A stretch of 64,000 nt of DNA from Amphiscolops sp. MND2022. Taxonomy: Eukaryota. Where the stretch lies: positions 3,846,001 through 3,910,000 of the forward strand of contig OZ076409.1 in the NCBI GenBank assembly GCA_964187785.1, in the 5' to 3' direction. Below the pieces are notes generated by a model that saw only the letters and a program-made list of their open reading frames with translations, searched no databases and had not been told where the DNA came from. The number at the start of each line of letters is the position of its first letter. The first letter of the stretch is position 1. Of the stretch, positions 35,681-49,300 are shown piece by piece. Position numbers and translations under genes: made by a program.

Positions 35681-35823
35681 TATATTAATTAGAGTTTCTT
35701 TCTTTTATTATCACTTGTGAAAAAATTTTTTTCATTCAATTTCACATTAAGTTTCAAACTTTCTTTCTTTCTTTCAAATTTTCTTTCTTTCTGTATTTCA
35801 ACAGGATTTTTGAGAAAGTGAAT

Positions 35824-38800
35824 TTATATCCTTTTCACCAAGGAAAAGTCGATAGTCTTTTCTTGGTTGTGGGCGGAAATTGTATCTATTATAGGAGTGT
35901 CTTTTGGGGTAAAAAAATTATCATAGTCATGAATGTCTGATTGGTTATCTGAGTTGGTATTTTTAGAAACTTGTTCTTTTTCTTGGTACGGAAATGAAGA
36001 ATATTGGCTAAATGATTCCGGTTGGAAGTCGATTGTGGATGGTATATCCGTTTCTTTATTAAACTTTGTGGAAGAAAATTGATCTTCGTCACTGAATTGG
36101 TTTTCATCGGAGTCAAAAGATTTTATTGGATCGTTTATATTCGAATAATTATCATTGAGTAAATGAGGATTATACTGTTGTAGGAAAGGAAAAATAATTG
36201 GTTCTTTTGGATAGTAAGGAACTAAATGGTTTCTGTGTATGTGAGATATGTAACTATCTTGATTAACAATTTCATATGTTATATCGGAAATTTTGTTAAT
36301 AATTTCAAATGGTCCAATTCTGAGAGGTTTTAATTTGTCGGAAAAATGAACATGGAGCAAATTTCTTTTTAGTACAAATGTACCAATATCCAAGGGTCTC
36401 GGATTGTGGTATGTTTTGTTAAAATAAGCGTAGGAATTAATTTTTCTTTTTGTGTTTTCATATACTGTGTGGTATAATTGTATCATAGCTGTTTCAGTAG
36501 CTAAGATCCATTGAGGGATCGGTTTAAATAAAATTTTATGGAAGAAGGGGTTTAGATTTGATTTGTCATAGTGTGTATGAAGTGGTAATTCTTGACGATA
36601 TTGGGAAGTACAATTTCTATAGGTATCTCTTTGGAGATTGAGTTCAAAATTGATTGGAATTCTGGGTATATTATGAAATACTATTTCAAATGGAGATAAG
36701 TTCATTTCAGAAAGTGGTTGTGAATTATGTGCATAGGCATACATATGAACTTGAGTAGACCAGTTTTCTCGAGTGGCATGTAAGAAAAGTCTGAGATGAG
36801 TTCCAAGATTTCTGTTTTGATTTTCAACTAAACCATTAGTCCATGGTGCATAAGGAGTTCTTGGTGAATGTCTAATTCCCATTGTGGTACAAAGGTTTGC
36901 GAATTCGGAATTAATGTATTCTGATCCACGGTCGGTAACTAGGTATACAGGAGGTCCAAATTTTGTTATCCAATGATGAAGTAAGGAGTTAACAGCGTTC
37001 TGAGCATTATTTTGTTTTATAGGTGAGTTTTATAAGTGACTAAAAGCGTCTACTATAACATGAATGTATGGGTTTTGATTTGATGGTGGGTTTATAGGTC
37101 CTTTTGTATCCATTGATATTCGGTAGTTGAATGATGAAGCATTTTCTGAAAATGTTTGTATGGATGCAGTTTGTATTTTTTGGTTATTATGTTTATTTTG
37201 TTGACATTCAATACAATCATGGATGAATATTGACATCCATTTATTCAAATATGGTATGAAGTAAAATTGGTTGAAAGCTTTGATGGATATTTTTATTTCT
37301 GAGTGTCCATGAGCGTGAAGTTTGTTAAAAGCTGCATGGAAGAGGTTAAATGGTAAACATATTTTGTCTCTTTGATTCGGGTTTGAATCGTGAAGATTAG
37401 GATAATCTATGTGAAAAATTTTTGTATCATGGTTAATATACAATTGGTTGAAAATTTTATAATATACTAATAAGAAAGAATTTGCTGCAATTGTTGGGTC
37501 TATTTGTAAGGGTCTTTCATTATTAAGTACCCATTGGTAAACTTTTTGTAAAACAGTGTCTTGTTCTTGTTGCGTTTCTATTGTTTCAATTGTTATTTGT
37601 GTATCTTCTGGTAGGAAGAAATAATTAAAATATCTTTCGTATTTGAAGAAAGATGGATCAAAAAATGGAACTTGTTGATTACAGTAATCGGATTTGGTAG
37701 GATATTGTATAGCAAGTGTGTGTTCTTTTAATATGTCTGAGTTTTGATGTTGGATGATATTTGATTGAGTAAGTTCATCGTCATCCCTGAGAATATCAGT
37801 ATCATTAAGAATTGTCGATTGTTGTAAGAGGGATTTTGTTTGGTTTATTGTAGGTTTTTTATATTTCGATTCAAATGTAACAATAGATTGAAAAGAGAAA
37901 GAATCTAAAGGTTTTATGTGGATATCTTCTCCTTTGTTATTTATACAGATAGAGAATTGGTCGTCTCCGTAGTCAGCAAGAATAGGATGACAATCATTCT
38001 TTTGATTATATTTGATTTCTTCGTGTTTTACTAAGTAGTGTACTGGTTTGAGTTGATTATCTTTCATGATAGAGAAATCTATTTGAGGTGGTAATTGTTT
38101 GTGTCGTAATTGATGTACTTGTAATTGTTCTTTTGTAAAAGTTCGTGAAAGCATATCTGCTACAGTTAAGTTTTTCCAGGGGTATGAATGATTTTCAGTT
38201 TGGAGAATTTGGTTAATTGCATTTGTGCTCTATAGAATCTAGGACTAAGATTTCCTTTCTTTGCAAAACAATGTAGTAGAGGTTTGTGATCTGTGAATAT
38301 GTATATGGGATGAGGAGATCCAATGATCAAAAATTCATATATTTGTAATGCGTAAACTATTGCGAGAAGTTCTCTGTCTAAAGTTGAAAGTTTTTGTTCT
38401 TGTGTGTTAAGAATTCTGGAGTTATAAGAGATTACTTTCATTTTGTTTTCTTCGTTCATTTGGAATAAGACTGCGCCTAAACCAACTAACGAAGCGTCTA
38501 CTGTTATGAAAAATGGATGCGTTGTATTGGGTATGGTTAATTCAGTGTCTGCTGTCATTGCATTTTTTACATTTTGAAATATTTTTCCTAATTCAGGTGT
38601 CCATTGGAATTTAACATCATCATGTAGTAATGTATACAATGGTTTTAGGTTTATATGGAGTTTTTCAATGAATTCTGAATTGAATTTAACACTGCCAAGA
38701 AATTGCATAACATCTTTCTTTTCTTTTGGTGATGGAATTCTTTTAATGGCGTCAATTTTGGATGGAATCGGTTTGATTGTGTTATTACCAATTTCGTGTC

Positions 38801-41363
38801 CAAGGAACTTTACTTTGAGTAACATGTAGAATGATTTTTCGGGTGCAAGTTTGAGATTTTCTCGAGATGCTCTTTTATGTAATTCTTTTATAAGTTCAAA
38901 CATTTCTTGTTTTTCATTTGCGAGTAGTAAAATATCATCAATATACACTAACGCAGAACGTTTGTCTTTAAGTGGTCTAAAGAAAGTTGACATTTGTTTT
39001 GTGAAAAAGTTTGGAAGTCCCTTTAATCCGTAAAATCCACGGATAAAGGCGTATAGTTTGTCACCGGATGAAAATCCTGTTTGTTTGATTGTTTCTTCGT
39101 CTAATGGTGTATGAGCATAGGCATACATTAAATCAATAGTTGATTTATATTTTTTAATGGCTCTAGCTAATTGAGGAGCTAAAGGTTCAATATGCCAAGA
39201 ATCAAGTTCTTGGTTGGTGTTTGAGTTTAAATGTCTTGCGTCTAAGACAACTTTTATTGCGTAACCTTTGGGGATAATAATTAAAGGGATTAAAAATGTT
39301 GTTCCAATTGTGTGTTTTTCATCTGAGTTGGAACCATTTTGTTTTATTATTGTATTTTTCGAGTTCTAGTAAAAGTTTATTTAGTCTATCTCTGTAGTGA
39401 ATTGGTACTTTAGAAGGTCTTTGTGTTTGAAGTTTACAGTTATCTTTTATTCTAATTCGAAAGGAAGTAGAAATTTTTCCTACGTCGTTCTTATGTTTGG
39501 CGTAACAATTTTGATTATCAATCAAAATATTGCAGAGGTTTACATTTTCTGTATTGGTTAAATCTGAGTATTCAAAGTAAAACTTTTTTTATGAATTGTT
39601 GGTTTTCTGTAGAATATGGTAATGGAGGAAAATGTTTTCGAATTTTATCTGAGGGTCGAAGATTTCCAGTAACAGAAGGTATAGGAAGTTGAAGTGTTTT
39701 GTCTTTGATTTCTATTTTGTTAATTTCTAATAGGGATTGTGGTATTACCCTAGTACATAAGTTCATATCTGCATATGGATTTTGTTTAATTGGAGTTGTG
39801 GTATCAGGATGATACGCATGTTTTACAGAGTGAATAAGTGAGTTTACATCATTAACTCTAAGTGAGGAGGAGTTGTTTGAGTAATAGGGATTTCTATGTA
39901 TCCAATGATTCCTCGTGGTAATGTAGCTGGGTAAAATGTAAAGTTTTGAATTATGGTTGCACAAGAGTCGTTGCTTTTTTCATTGACTATCATATCCAAG
40001 AAATGAAAGATATCTTTAAATTTTTGTAAGAAGAATGTTTATGGGTTTGTTGGATAAAATTTTGTATTATCTTCAAGTTCAAAATGTAGATTTGAATAGT
40101 TTTTAATTGGGAAATGTATGGTTTTTCCTGACCTTGGTTTAAAGTGAATTGGTTCTTTACATTTAATAGTATAGATGTAAGAATTATATGGGTAATCTTT
40201 TTCTGTAAATGTGGAAAATGTTGTTTTTGTTGAAGCTTTGGATGCTGTTCTATGTAAGTCATAATATTTTGTTGAAAATCGATATTTTGGATGTGTGTTT
40301 TGAAAAAGGGTGTCCCAAGAATGTTGTATTTGATATTGGCTACAGCGAAATTGATATCGAAGGATCGCGTTTGATGGTTTACTTCAGTAAAACAGGTCAT
40401 CGAAATATAGTGTATTATTGGTACTTCAGTTTGGTTTGCAACTGTAAGAGTTTTGGCTCTTTTGTTTTCAAGATTGGTTGGAACATTGATGTTTAAATGT
40501 TTGGAAATTACATGAATTGGTGGTAAATTCAAAACAGATATGGATGCTCCAGTATCTAAGAGGAATAAGATTTCTAATTGTGAAGGTAATATGTTTTCAT
40601 TTGTTTCAGAAGCACGAACATATAGTGGGTAAAACCAACTATAAGGAGTAATTGTATTAGCGATTTCAGTTATTTGACAGGTGTGGATTTCAAATTTTGT
40701 ACTATCATTGTCTTTTGTAGATTTAACGTCTACTTGATTTATTCTGTTTTGTTGTCTGTTTCGTGAGGGTGTTCTAGATGGTGATCTAAAATCTCTAGGT
40801 CTTGATGGAGATCTATATGGATAATTATATCGTTTAAAAGAGTTTCCTTGTGATTGAGAACGGGATCTATATCTTGAGCGAGAGTTATATCTGTAATTTG
40901 AGTTATTTCTGTATGGAGATCTATATGGAGATCTAGATGGAGTTCTTCGTTGATAATAATTATCAAATCGAGATCTATATGGACTTCGAGTTCGATTGTA
41001 ATATCTTTGTCGAGAATTTATTCTATAGTTGTTTTGCGAATATTCTCTACTATAGCTACGATATCTATCATTATTTCTGTATCCATAGTAATTTTGATTA
41101 TATTTGTAACGATCGTTATCTGAGGAGTAAGTATTTGTATTGTCATTTCGAGTTTCTTGTGAGTTATTAGGTTTACTGCGAAAATATTGTACAAAAGATT
41201 GTTGAGGAGTTCGTGATCTTTGGTTTTTGTATTTCTGGTATTCATCATCACGTTGTTTTTGATAACAGTTTGAAATACCATGATTATTTTTGTGACAAAA
41301 GGAACAATATTTTTTATAAGCTGGTTTGCTTATGTTATTTGGGTCTCCAGATTGAGTAACCAT
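35824..41363 (-). pseudogene. pol: Gag C-terminus and Pol of element 2 (CCHC, RS-rich tract, protease, RT, RNase H, long linker, integrase), several frameshifts
   Basis: CSFCHKNNHGISNC, LLDTGASIS, YIDD, VDAS..RELLA..TDHKPL..ADMLSR, HAHGH..CIEC, MDTKGP, TDRGSEY, PWTNGLVE, GPFEI. Confidence 0.95.
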
Positions 41364-43512
41364 TATATGATCTCCATGTTCAAATTCTCTTTTGTTTGTA
41401 TCATCTTCAGGGGATACTTTGTTTATTTCTAGAGCTAAGTCGTTAGTTCTAATTTTTTCATTAGCAATGTCTTCAGAATCGACATGTCTAACAAGTGTGT
41501 GAAATGATATTGAAGGTTCAAGTAATGTCGATGCATGTTTAACTTGTCGTTTATGAGCAAAATCTTTCAGTTCTTTGGGTAATCCTTTTGTAAAGATTTC
41601 ATTATTTTTGAGGTTTATGGTAGCTGCATTTTCATTGCACCATCCCTTTTTAACTAATTGTTGTACTCTAAGGGCGAAAGGCGTACTGTTTCATTATCTT
41701 TTTTCATGAGTGACATAGCTTCTACTTGGGCGTAGTAAGCTGTTTTTTGAGATGAAAATTGTTTTTTGAATAATTGTACGAAGGAGTTCCATTGTTGTGT
41801 ATATGATATATGAAGGTTAGTATACCAATCGAGAGCTGTTCCAGTTAAAGAACATTGTATGTAAGCCTTGCGTCTATTATGCCAGGATTTGTATTTTATA
41901 GGATTATTCTGAGGTTCTTCACCTATGGCGAAGGTTAATCTAGCTTCGATTTGTTGTAGATATTCTTCTGGAGTATAAGAATGGTCTAAACCATCAAAAG
42001 GTTCCATAGATTCTGGTATTGAAGCGGGCATGTTCATAAAGGTATCTTGTGGTATTGGTAAGTATTGGAGTGGAGGAGCTACTTGTTGTGTGAGTTGAGG
42101 AGGTATATGTTGAGTTGTATTTTGTGGTAATGGACTTGGATTTAGATTAGGATTAGGATTTGTACTTGGATGCATTTGATATAAAGGATCAATTGGTATA
42201 TGTGTAAGTGGAGGGTTTTGAAGTCTTCTTTGAGAAGGTTGTGTGGTATGAGAATAAGAAGTTGAAGGATACGAAGTTCCTTGATTTTGAGAATATATAT
42301 TATTCTGTGAGGTACTGGTTTGTGATAATTGTATGAAAGGGTTTTGTGTTGTTGAATTCGTATTAAATTGAGAGTGATTTTGGTTGATATTTGTATTAGT
42401 ATTTGTATTTGATGGAGGAGAAAAGTTATAATTGAATGGATCGTAATATTGATTGGAAGTTTGTGGATTATCTTTACGATTATTGTTTGAAAAAATCGAT
42501 CTATCTGAGCGGAAAGCAGAATAAATTGATGGAGGATTGTATCTAGGTCGAGTAATATAACTTTCAGAATCAGGAATAGTTCTTGTTGGAGATGCAACGT
42601 TAACAGAAGTATTCTGAGCATGAGAAGTGGTTAGAATATCTTCATGTAATGTATTATGAGTTTCGTCGTGTGTTGTTTCATCTGTGTGTGGATGGTAGAA
42701 AGTTATATTACGGTTTGGAGATGCATCTAAGTAAGATTGAGGATTATGTGTATTTTGTCTTTGATTTACAACTCTAGTTGGAATTTTAAAGGATTGAGTG
42801 TGTGTTGATGTTGACGTTCCGGCTTGTGATGCATTTTGTGTTGAAATTGTAGATTCTTGAGTAGTAAACTCACTCGCATTGTTTTCAATGGTCTGATTAT
42901 CATCATTATAGTTTTTTGATTTCGATTTTGTTGTTGGAGTGTATTTTCATTATTGGTATTATCATCTTCAGTATAGTTATTAGTGTTAAAATTTAAGTTT
43001 TGTTGAACTTGAGAATTTTGCTCATAGTGATAAGGTCTATTGTCTGCAAATAGATCATTTTCTGTAATTAATAGAGGATCAAAACGTATGTAATCTAAAG
43101 TTTGTTTTGTAATTAGTTGTGGTTTACGGAAATAAGGATGTTCATTTTGTTCACTGATGATGAATAGTAAACATTCGTCAGCTGTAAAATGATTTGGAAA
43201 TGCTGTAAAAGCAGGTTGATCTTGTTGTGACCATAATAGTTGGTAATTGAATCTGAAGTATTTTCTGAGGTATAGAGATATTGCTTGGATCTGAGGAATT
43301 GTTTGGTCATTTTTTATTAAGTCTTTGGAATAATGGTAGAGGAAATTTTGTATTCGTAATATATCAGTTTGTAACCAATGATGAGGATTGTCTTCAGGAT
43401 TAACTAATCTTTCAATAGTTTCTACTTCGAAATTACTGATGTATCGTTGAAGCTCGTCAAGTGCATTTGGACTAAATTTTGGGGTTTCAAGTGCTATGTT
43501 GTGGTCTTTCAC
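41364..43512 (-). pseudogene. gag: Gag capsid region and long N-terminal extension of element 2, frameshifted
   Basis: PFDGLD..PEEYL..L.G.ALDWY..W..F...F..QFS..MKKDNETVR capsid motif in 41654..42175. Upstream Q/N/P-rich linker and a 248-aa ORF at 42766..43512. Confidence 0.8.
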
Positions 43513-45259
43513 ATGGTTTAAAAAAGCATGAAAAACTTGTTTAATAGGAACGTGGAGGTTTATTGGATTTTTTGTTCTTCTGTATATATGAGATGAATTA
43601 GGTCATTGTTGAGGAAAGGAGACTTGAAAAGCTGGGTATTCTGTAGTGATGGTTAGAACTTTGTATCTGATCTAGAAGAGGTATGTGTCCAAATGTTCTC
43701 TAATAAGAGGTATTGTTTCAATTGAATGAGGTTCATTTTCAAATGGGAGTGGTTTAGTATAATGGGAAATAATGTTTTGTAGGAATGGGTTTAGTTCTAA
43801 TTTTACAACTTTTGCATTTTCAATGACGGGAGTTTGAAAAGGTAGAGGGGTTGTTGTTGAGAAGTTCGTTTTTAGATTTTATCTCATCTCACTGTAAGTA
43901 TTTTTTCAAAGAGGATACTAAATAGAAATAAGACACAAAACGTGTATGTTGTAATGAGCACTACTGTGGTAACTTTTTCCCACATGTTATAATATGAAGG
44001 TTGAAACGTTGAAAATAATATTTAATATAGATCCTTTTAAGTTGGAGCTCTTGGATAATATCTTTGTTGATTTATGAAGAAGAAAAAATATTGTTGATAT
44101 TGTTCAATTAATCTTTCAAAATCGTCTGGTATAGGGTTTTGAAGTGAGCTAATTGGTTGTAAAAGAAAGTGTGAAGAAGCAGGTGTTACAAAAGGAATGT
44201 AAAAATTTAAAGAGTGAACTGTTTGGTTGTATACGTTAGAGTTCATATAATTTGTGTTCTAACAAGAATTTGAAGCTATTTGGGATGTTAATAGTTTTGG
44301 ATAGAGAAGAAAGAAGCGGATGCAATAGAATCTGTATTCAACCTCAAAGGATTGCTAACAGAAAATAAGTGTGATTTTAAGCCTGCATCACTTCAAAGTG
44401 TCTAACATAAGGTTATTGACACGTCCAGAAAAGCTAAGGTTGTTTTAATTTTATGTGGGTTGTGTGTTTTAAGACTAAGAGAGTGGAGCTCTGAACAATC
44501 AACGTCCATTTTCCAAAGTCTGATCAATACTGATCAAGATCAAAGTTTGATCTTTGTCTCTTTTACTTTTCTTCCTGAGAATTTTGAAGATTCGAACGTA
44601 GTTCGGTGTCCTCTTCGATTCTCCTTAAAGACGTTTTCACTTAACTAAGGTTTTCAGTCAGCCTTAGAATCAGAGTGAGCTGGGAAGCTGTCTGATTGTC
44701 TAAGTCTTACGGGAGGGGATAGGAATTGTGGGTGCCTGAAAGTAGAAAACTACCTTTACAGTGTTCGTGTTAGTTACATGCCTTATTTTAGGTTTTAGGG
44801 CAAAAGAGTTGTAGGAATTGTATGTGGTAATTTGTCAAAATAATTGTTTTGTAGGATTATGTTAAAATTATTGCTGTTGAAAGTATCAGATATAAAGGTA
44901 AGTGTAGATTGTGTTGTTATTTTTCTTGTGTTGTTTAAGTTTCTTGAAATTATTTGTGTTGTTTGTCGACAATTGGAAAAGAAAAGGAATAGGGCGTGGA
45001 TGCTTTTTATAGATAGTCTTGGTTGCCTTTTTTTGCATTCAGAGTCTATTTCTGAAAACTATTTTGTAGAAATTTTTTGTAGAAAATGCATCCGAAACGT
45101 ATAAGTAGAAAATCCAGGTTTTCTGCCAACACGAAGTTGATCTTGAGACGTATGTGCTTATAGGTGAGCGGAGCTGGACATGCACTCAGTCAACTCTAAC
45201 ACCAGGAGTCCACCTGACGTTCAAGATAGCAGGATTGAAAAAAGTTGCTGTGTTAAAGG

Positions 45260-45535
45260 TGTTAGAAAACCTTGATAAACCAGACAAACATCAAAGAACT
45301 GTTTCAACAAGCGTCCGGATTAGCTGTGATAAATCAGTATAGAGAAGAGAACTGTGTCACTTGTGGACAAATCAGTCTGGAAAGAGAAGAGAAACAGAAC
45401 TGTGTCACAATGGATAAATCAGTCTGAAATGAAACCGTTTCGACGTGTTAGAAAACGTGATAAACCGGTATGGCAAGAAGAGCAGAAAGAAGAACCGTGT
45501 CAACGTATTAGAAAACGTGATAAACCGGTATTGAA
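45260..45535. repeat. Imperfect tandem repeats (about 6 units of 40-60 bp) in the 5' leader of element 2
   Basis: Recurrent GATAAAYCRGT core with AGAACYGTGTCA and TTAGAAAACGT blocks. Confidence 0.75.
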
Positions 45536-45753
45536 GAAAATTTGTTATATTTGAATTGATTGTTGTAGTGGAGACATTGTATGTCTAACGATGATGTATT
45601 TAGTGATGAAATTCAGAAAGTCACAGACTAAATTTTCAAGAAATTCGAGAAAGATTTCACTGCAATTCCAGAGAATTTCAAAGATGGAGAGGGGTATTTG
45701 TATTATTGTTGAGAGAAGAGAAATCATTCAAGAGAGAAAGGCAAGAAATTTTA

Positions 45754-45765
45754 CAAGTCGCACCA
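45754..45765 (-). promoter_or_regulatory. Primer binding site TGGTGCGACTTG of element 2 (tRNA identity uncertain)
   Basis: TGG begins 3 nt inside the 5' LTR end. Confidence 0.7.
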
Positions 45766-45768
45766 AAT

Positions 45769-46039
45769 TGTGCTGCTTTTTATAGTTGGTTTATTTGATG
45801 GTGGTGGTGTTATTCACAACTTACTAAAAAGCGGCTGAGACAGGCTAGCTAGCTAACTTTATTACAACTAGTTCGAGGTGGTAGAAGTAGAACAAAAGGG
45901 AAGTCAACCAAAAACTGATTATTAGTTTTCTCTCTCTGAGGGAGTAGAGACTTACAGTCATTCAATAATAAATAAATGTACATTTTAGAACATTCTATAA
46001 ACATCTAAATACTATTGGTTATTAATGTAGGTCAGTACA
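45769..46039 (-). repeat. 5' LTR of element 2 (271 bp)
   Basis: Direct repeat of 27492-27764, TG...CA ends, followed by the TSD CTAA. Confidence 0.97.
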
Positions 46040-46043
46040 CTAA

Positions 46044-46369
46044 TAGAACTGTGCTTGTTTGCACCTAGCAACGCCAATTAGCTGAGAGAAAGAGAATGAA
46101 TCTAATCAAGCTCTCTGCTCGCTTTCCGTCAGCCGGCACTATTCAGCTATACCTAATCTTAATACGTACGGAGCGCTTACGGAGCAAATTGTTGATATCA
46201 TGAAGGGAGATCATCACGAGATCATTATTGATATCATCACGTGAAGAAAGGAAATTATACCTAATCCTAATACGTACGGAGCGCTTACGGAGCAGATAGT
46301 AAAGAAATGAAATTATACCTAATCTTAATACGTACGGAGCGCTTGCGGAGCGGAAGGTAAAGATTGACA
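46044..46369. repeat. Right part of the probable solo LTR, with three copies of a 38-bp motif
   Basis: TATACCTAATCYTAATACGTACGGAGCGCTTRCGGAGC at about 46149, 46256 and 46314. Ends ATTGACA. Confidence 0.5.
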
Positions 46370-49300
46370 CTACTCTAGTTCATGGCAGTATATTCTAAAA
46401 TGCACGAAACCATTACGAAATAATAGAATTTTGGAATAAAGGACTTATTGTGCCAAGTATTTTCCCGTCTTATCAGATATGATTAAAATAGTCGTGCTGC
46501 AGGTTAAGGTCAGGAAAATTATCACATGAGTGCTTTGTGAGCATATAAGAAAGGTGCTTTTTCTACCTTTGGAAAAGATGTTTTGGATTCTGCTATTTTA
46601 TATTGTTGCGACCAAATAATTTGATCATCATGAATTTAAGTATGTAAAGTTGATCTGTTGTGGGTAAATAATCTGATAAATATAATCTTTGTACTTGTAA
46701 AATTAGTTCAGATTAGCATTGCGTTTTTGGACACGAACTTTCAACCTTTAATCCGTACTCATCATTTTCTGGCATCATTTGTCCCTTTCATAATGTGGCT
46801 CGAATATTTTCAATAAGTTAGTTTGAATTTCCCCGCAATATCTTCGGAGTTATTTTTGCTTGTCATTTTTTTTACCGCGGAAAGGTGATTTTCAATAGTC
46901 CTGCGCTGAATCATTGTTGTCGCCAACGTGCTTTCTGCGGTAGAAATCTAACTAGACTTTTATTTTGCCGCCTTTTGAGATTAAATCGGAAATGAAATTT
47001 TTGAACGAAAATGATATCAACAAGAGCACCGTGAAGAAGTAGCAACTAGGAGTTTTTAGTTGTGAAATAATTGCTGAAGTATTGAAATAATAAGGATGAT
47101 TAAGCAGTTTTCATGAACTAAACAGTTTTTTAGGATTCCTAGGAATTTTTAGGTGAAGAACAAATGATGCCAGGAAGGTGTATATATTCAGGATTTGCGA
47201 GATGATTCATTCAATTTTCTGTTGTGAGAATACTTCGTTTTGAAAAACCTAAAAATTTTCTTTGAACAATTTCAAGTTTCCAAAGAACCTTTCTCTCTTC
47301 CTGAAAAGACTAAAGAAGCCATAAAAAGAAAGCTGTAGAAAAACTAATTTCTGTTGAGATTGAAACTCCGTTAGCTGGAAATAGCCAAAGTGTAAACCCG
47401 TAGTAGGGACGAGCAAATCTCCTAAGGTACATACCGAAAATCTGGAGGAAAAAAAGTCTGCCCTTACAAAAAAGATAACGTCTGATCTCGCTAAAATCTT
47501 AGCCGAAAACCAAAAGGAAATGTTGAAACTAATTGCCTCATCGCTCCAGTAGCTAAAAAACATCCTGTTTTAACTGTTCCTGAGGAAACTGACTCTGAGT
47601 CCGAAAACAGCCCGGCAACTGCAACCTCAACACCTGTTAGAACTAAAACTACTACGGTTAATCCAAAAATCACACCAGTGAATAGTCTTAACACGGGGAG
47701 AGGAGTCCTCAATGACTCCACCAATCTGGGGAAGAAGAAAACGCGACTACAACGCCGACAAAGCCTGCCACCCAACGAACTACCTTCGACATCAAGACTA
47801 CTATTCGCCCCGCAACTGGAGATCTACCAACCGCCTCACTTGCCTCCCAATGCCAAAAGCACTCAAAGCATCACTACCAGTGTTCGATGGTAAATCTGAA
47901 AAGATTGAGCTTTTCGAAGACTTATTCAGGAACAATATAAAAATGTACCCATACCTAACCGATAAACAAATCATCAATTACTTCCACTCACTATTACGGT
48001 AACTCACTCCAAGCGTACTGCAACCAAGACGATTCCAAAAAAGATAATCTCGAGGAAGTAATAACAGCATTCAAACGGCGCTTCGGAGACTTCCAATCAT
48101 CTGGCAGAGCTAGATGGGAGTGGGACTCACTCCACTTCGATCCAACTAAACAACAACTACACGAACTTTTGGATACACTGCAAAAACAGCTGAGGAAGCG
48201 TTAGGTCCAGAGGCGCAAAAATTCATCGATAAGGCTACACTACATCTCGAAAAATAGATGCGCCTCAACGGCCTGGGCGGTCCTGATGAAATAACTCTAG
48301 TACCGTTAAACACAGTTGACGCCGCCCCTCCGGAAACACAAAAAGAACCCAACCAGCGGGGAAACTGCTTTCAATGCGGCAAATACGGTCATTACAAAGC
48401 ACAGTGCCGTGAACTACGAAAAGACAGATACTATGAGATCAAAGCACAGAATGGCGTCCCCAACACAACTGAACCGACAAAACCAAAATGTGACACTTGT
48501 GGATAAACCCATAAAACAGAAAACTGCTGGAACGGAGCCAACGCGGCAAATGACCCTAGAAAACGACGACACGAGTTTGCCATACCCACAAACCAGATCA
48601 GCGACCGGCCGATTCCTACCATCGAAATCCAGCCAAAATCTGAGAACGCCGCGCCTACGCTTTAGGGAAACGGTAGAAAGGGAAACGGAAGGACATACAC
48701 AATCGAAGACCCCCCAAATCGCTACGAGGGAAATTTCATGACGGAATGCAACGAAGAACCGACGCAAGACTAGCAGCGACGTTGGAACATCGGCATAGTT
48801 CTCAGACATAATGCCAGACATCCAGACGACCCAATACCACTCCCCTTATGGATAACGGAATCCCCTGACAACTACGCAACACTCAAACGACCACTACCAG
48901 ACTCAAAAACTGACAGAACATACGTCTAAAACACCGATTACCGTTGCGATCCATGGGATGAACCTACCAGCTACGACACTAACCAACTATCCTTCAAAAC
49001 CCAGGTCCCAAACCCACAAAAACAACCTGAAGAAAAACCCCATTATTCCCGCCACCCCCGTCACCAATACTGAAAACTTCCGAACTGCCAACGACAATAC
49101 CTGTCGCCGCCATGTCTACACCGATGAATGCTGACGATATAATTTGCATACAAAAACAAGACCCCGTGGTCTCAGAAATTGAAAGAACACACAATAGACA
49201 ACCACCACGAACCGCACCCGCCAGTGCAGTAACAGAAGACAACGAAGAAGAAATTGAGTGCCCCCAACAGCTACACTATGACCTCAACGTCATCAAAGAA

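Larger units (their letters stand above)
27492..46039 (-). mobile_element. Full-length 18.5-kb env-bearing Ty3/Gypsy LTR retroelement (element 2, invertebrate endogenous retrovirus-like)
   Basis: Two near-identical TG...CA LTRs, 4-bp TSD CTAA (27488-27491 and 46040-46043), PBS, PPT, gag-PR-RT-RH-IN-env plus extra ORFs all on the minus strand. Confidence 0.96.

Noticed and set aside
46149..46351. Three 38-bp repeats with variable spacers, CRISPR-like
   Set aside because: Only three copies, spacer lengths very unequal and partly repeated; better explained as LTR-internal repeats.
47380..47711. Possible 5' LTR end and PBS of element 3 (…TAACA followed by CGGGGAGAGGAG)
   Set aside because: No TGG start and no partner LTR in the window.
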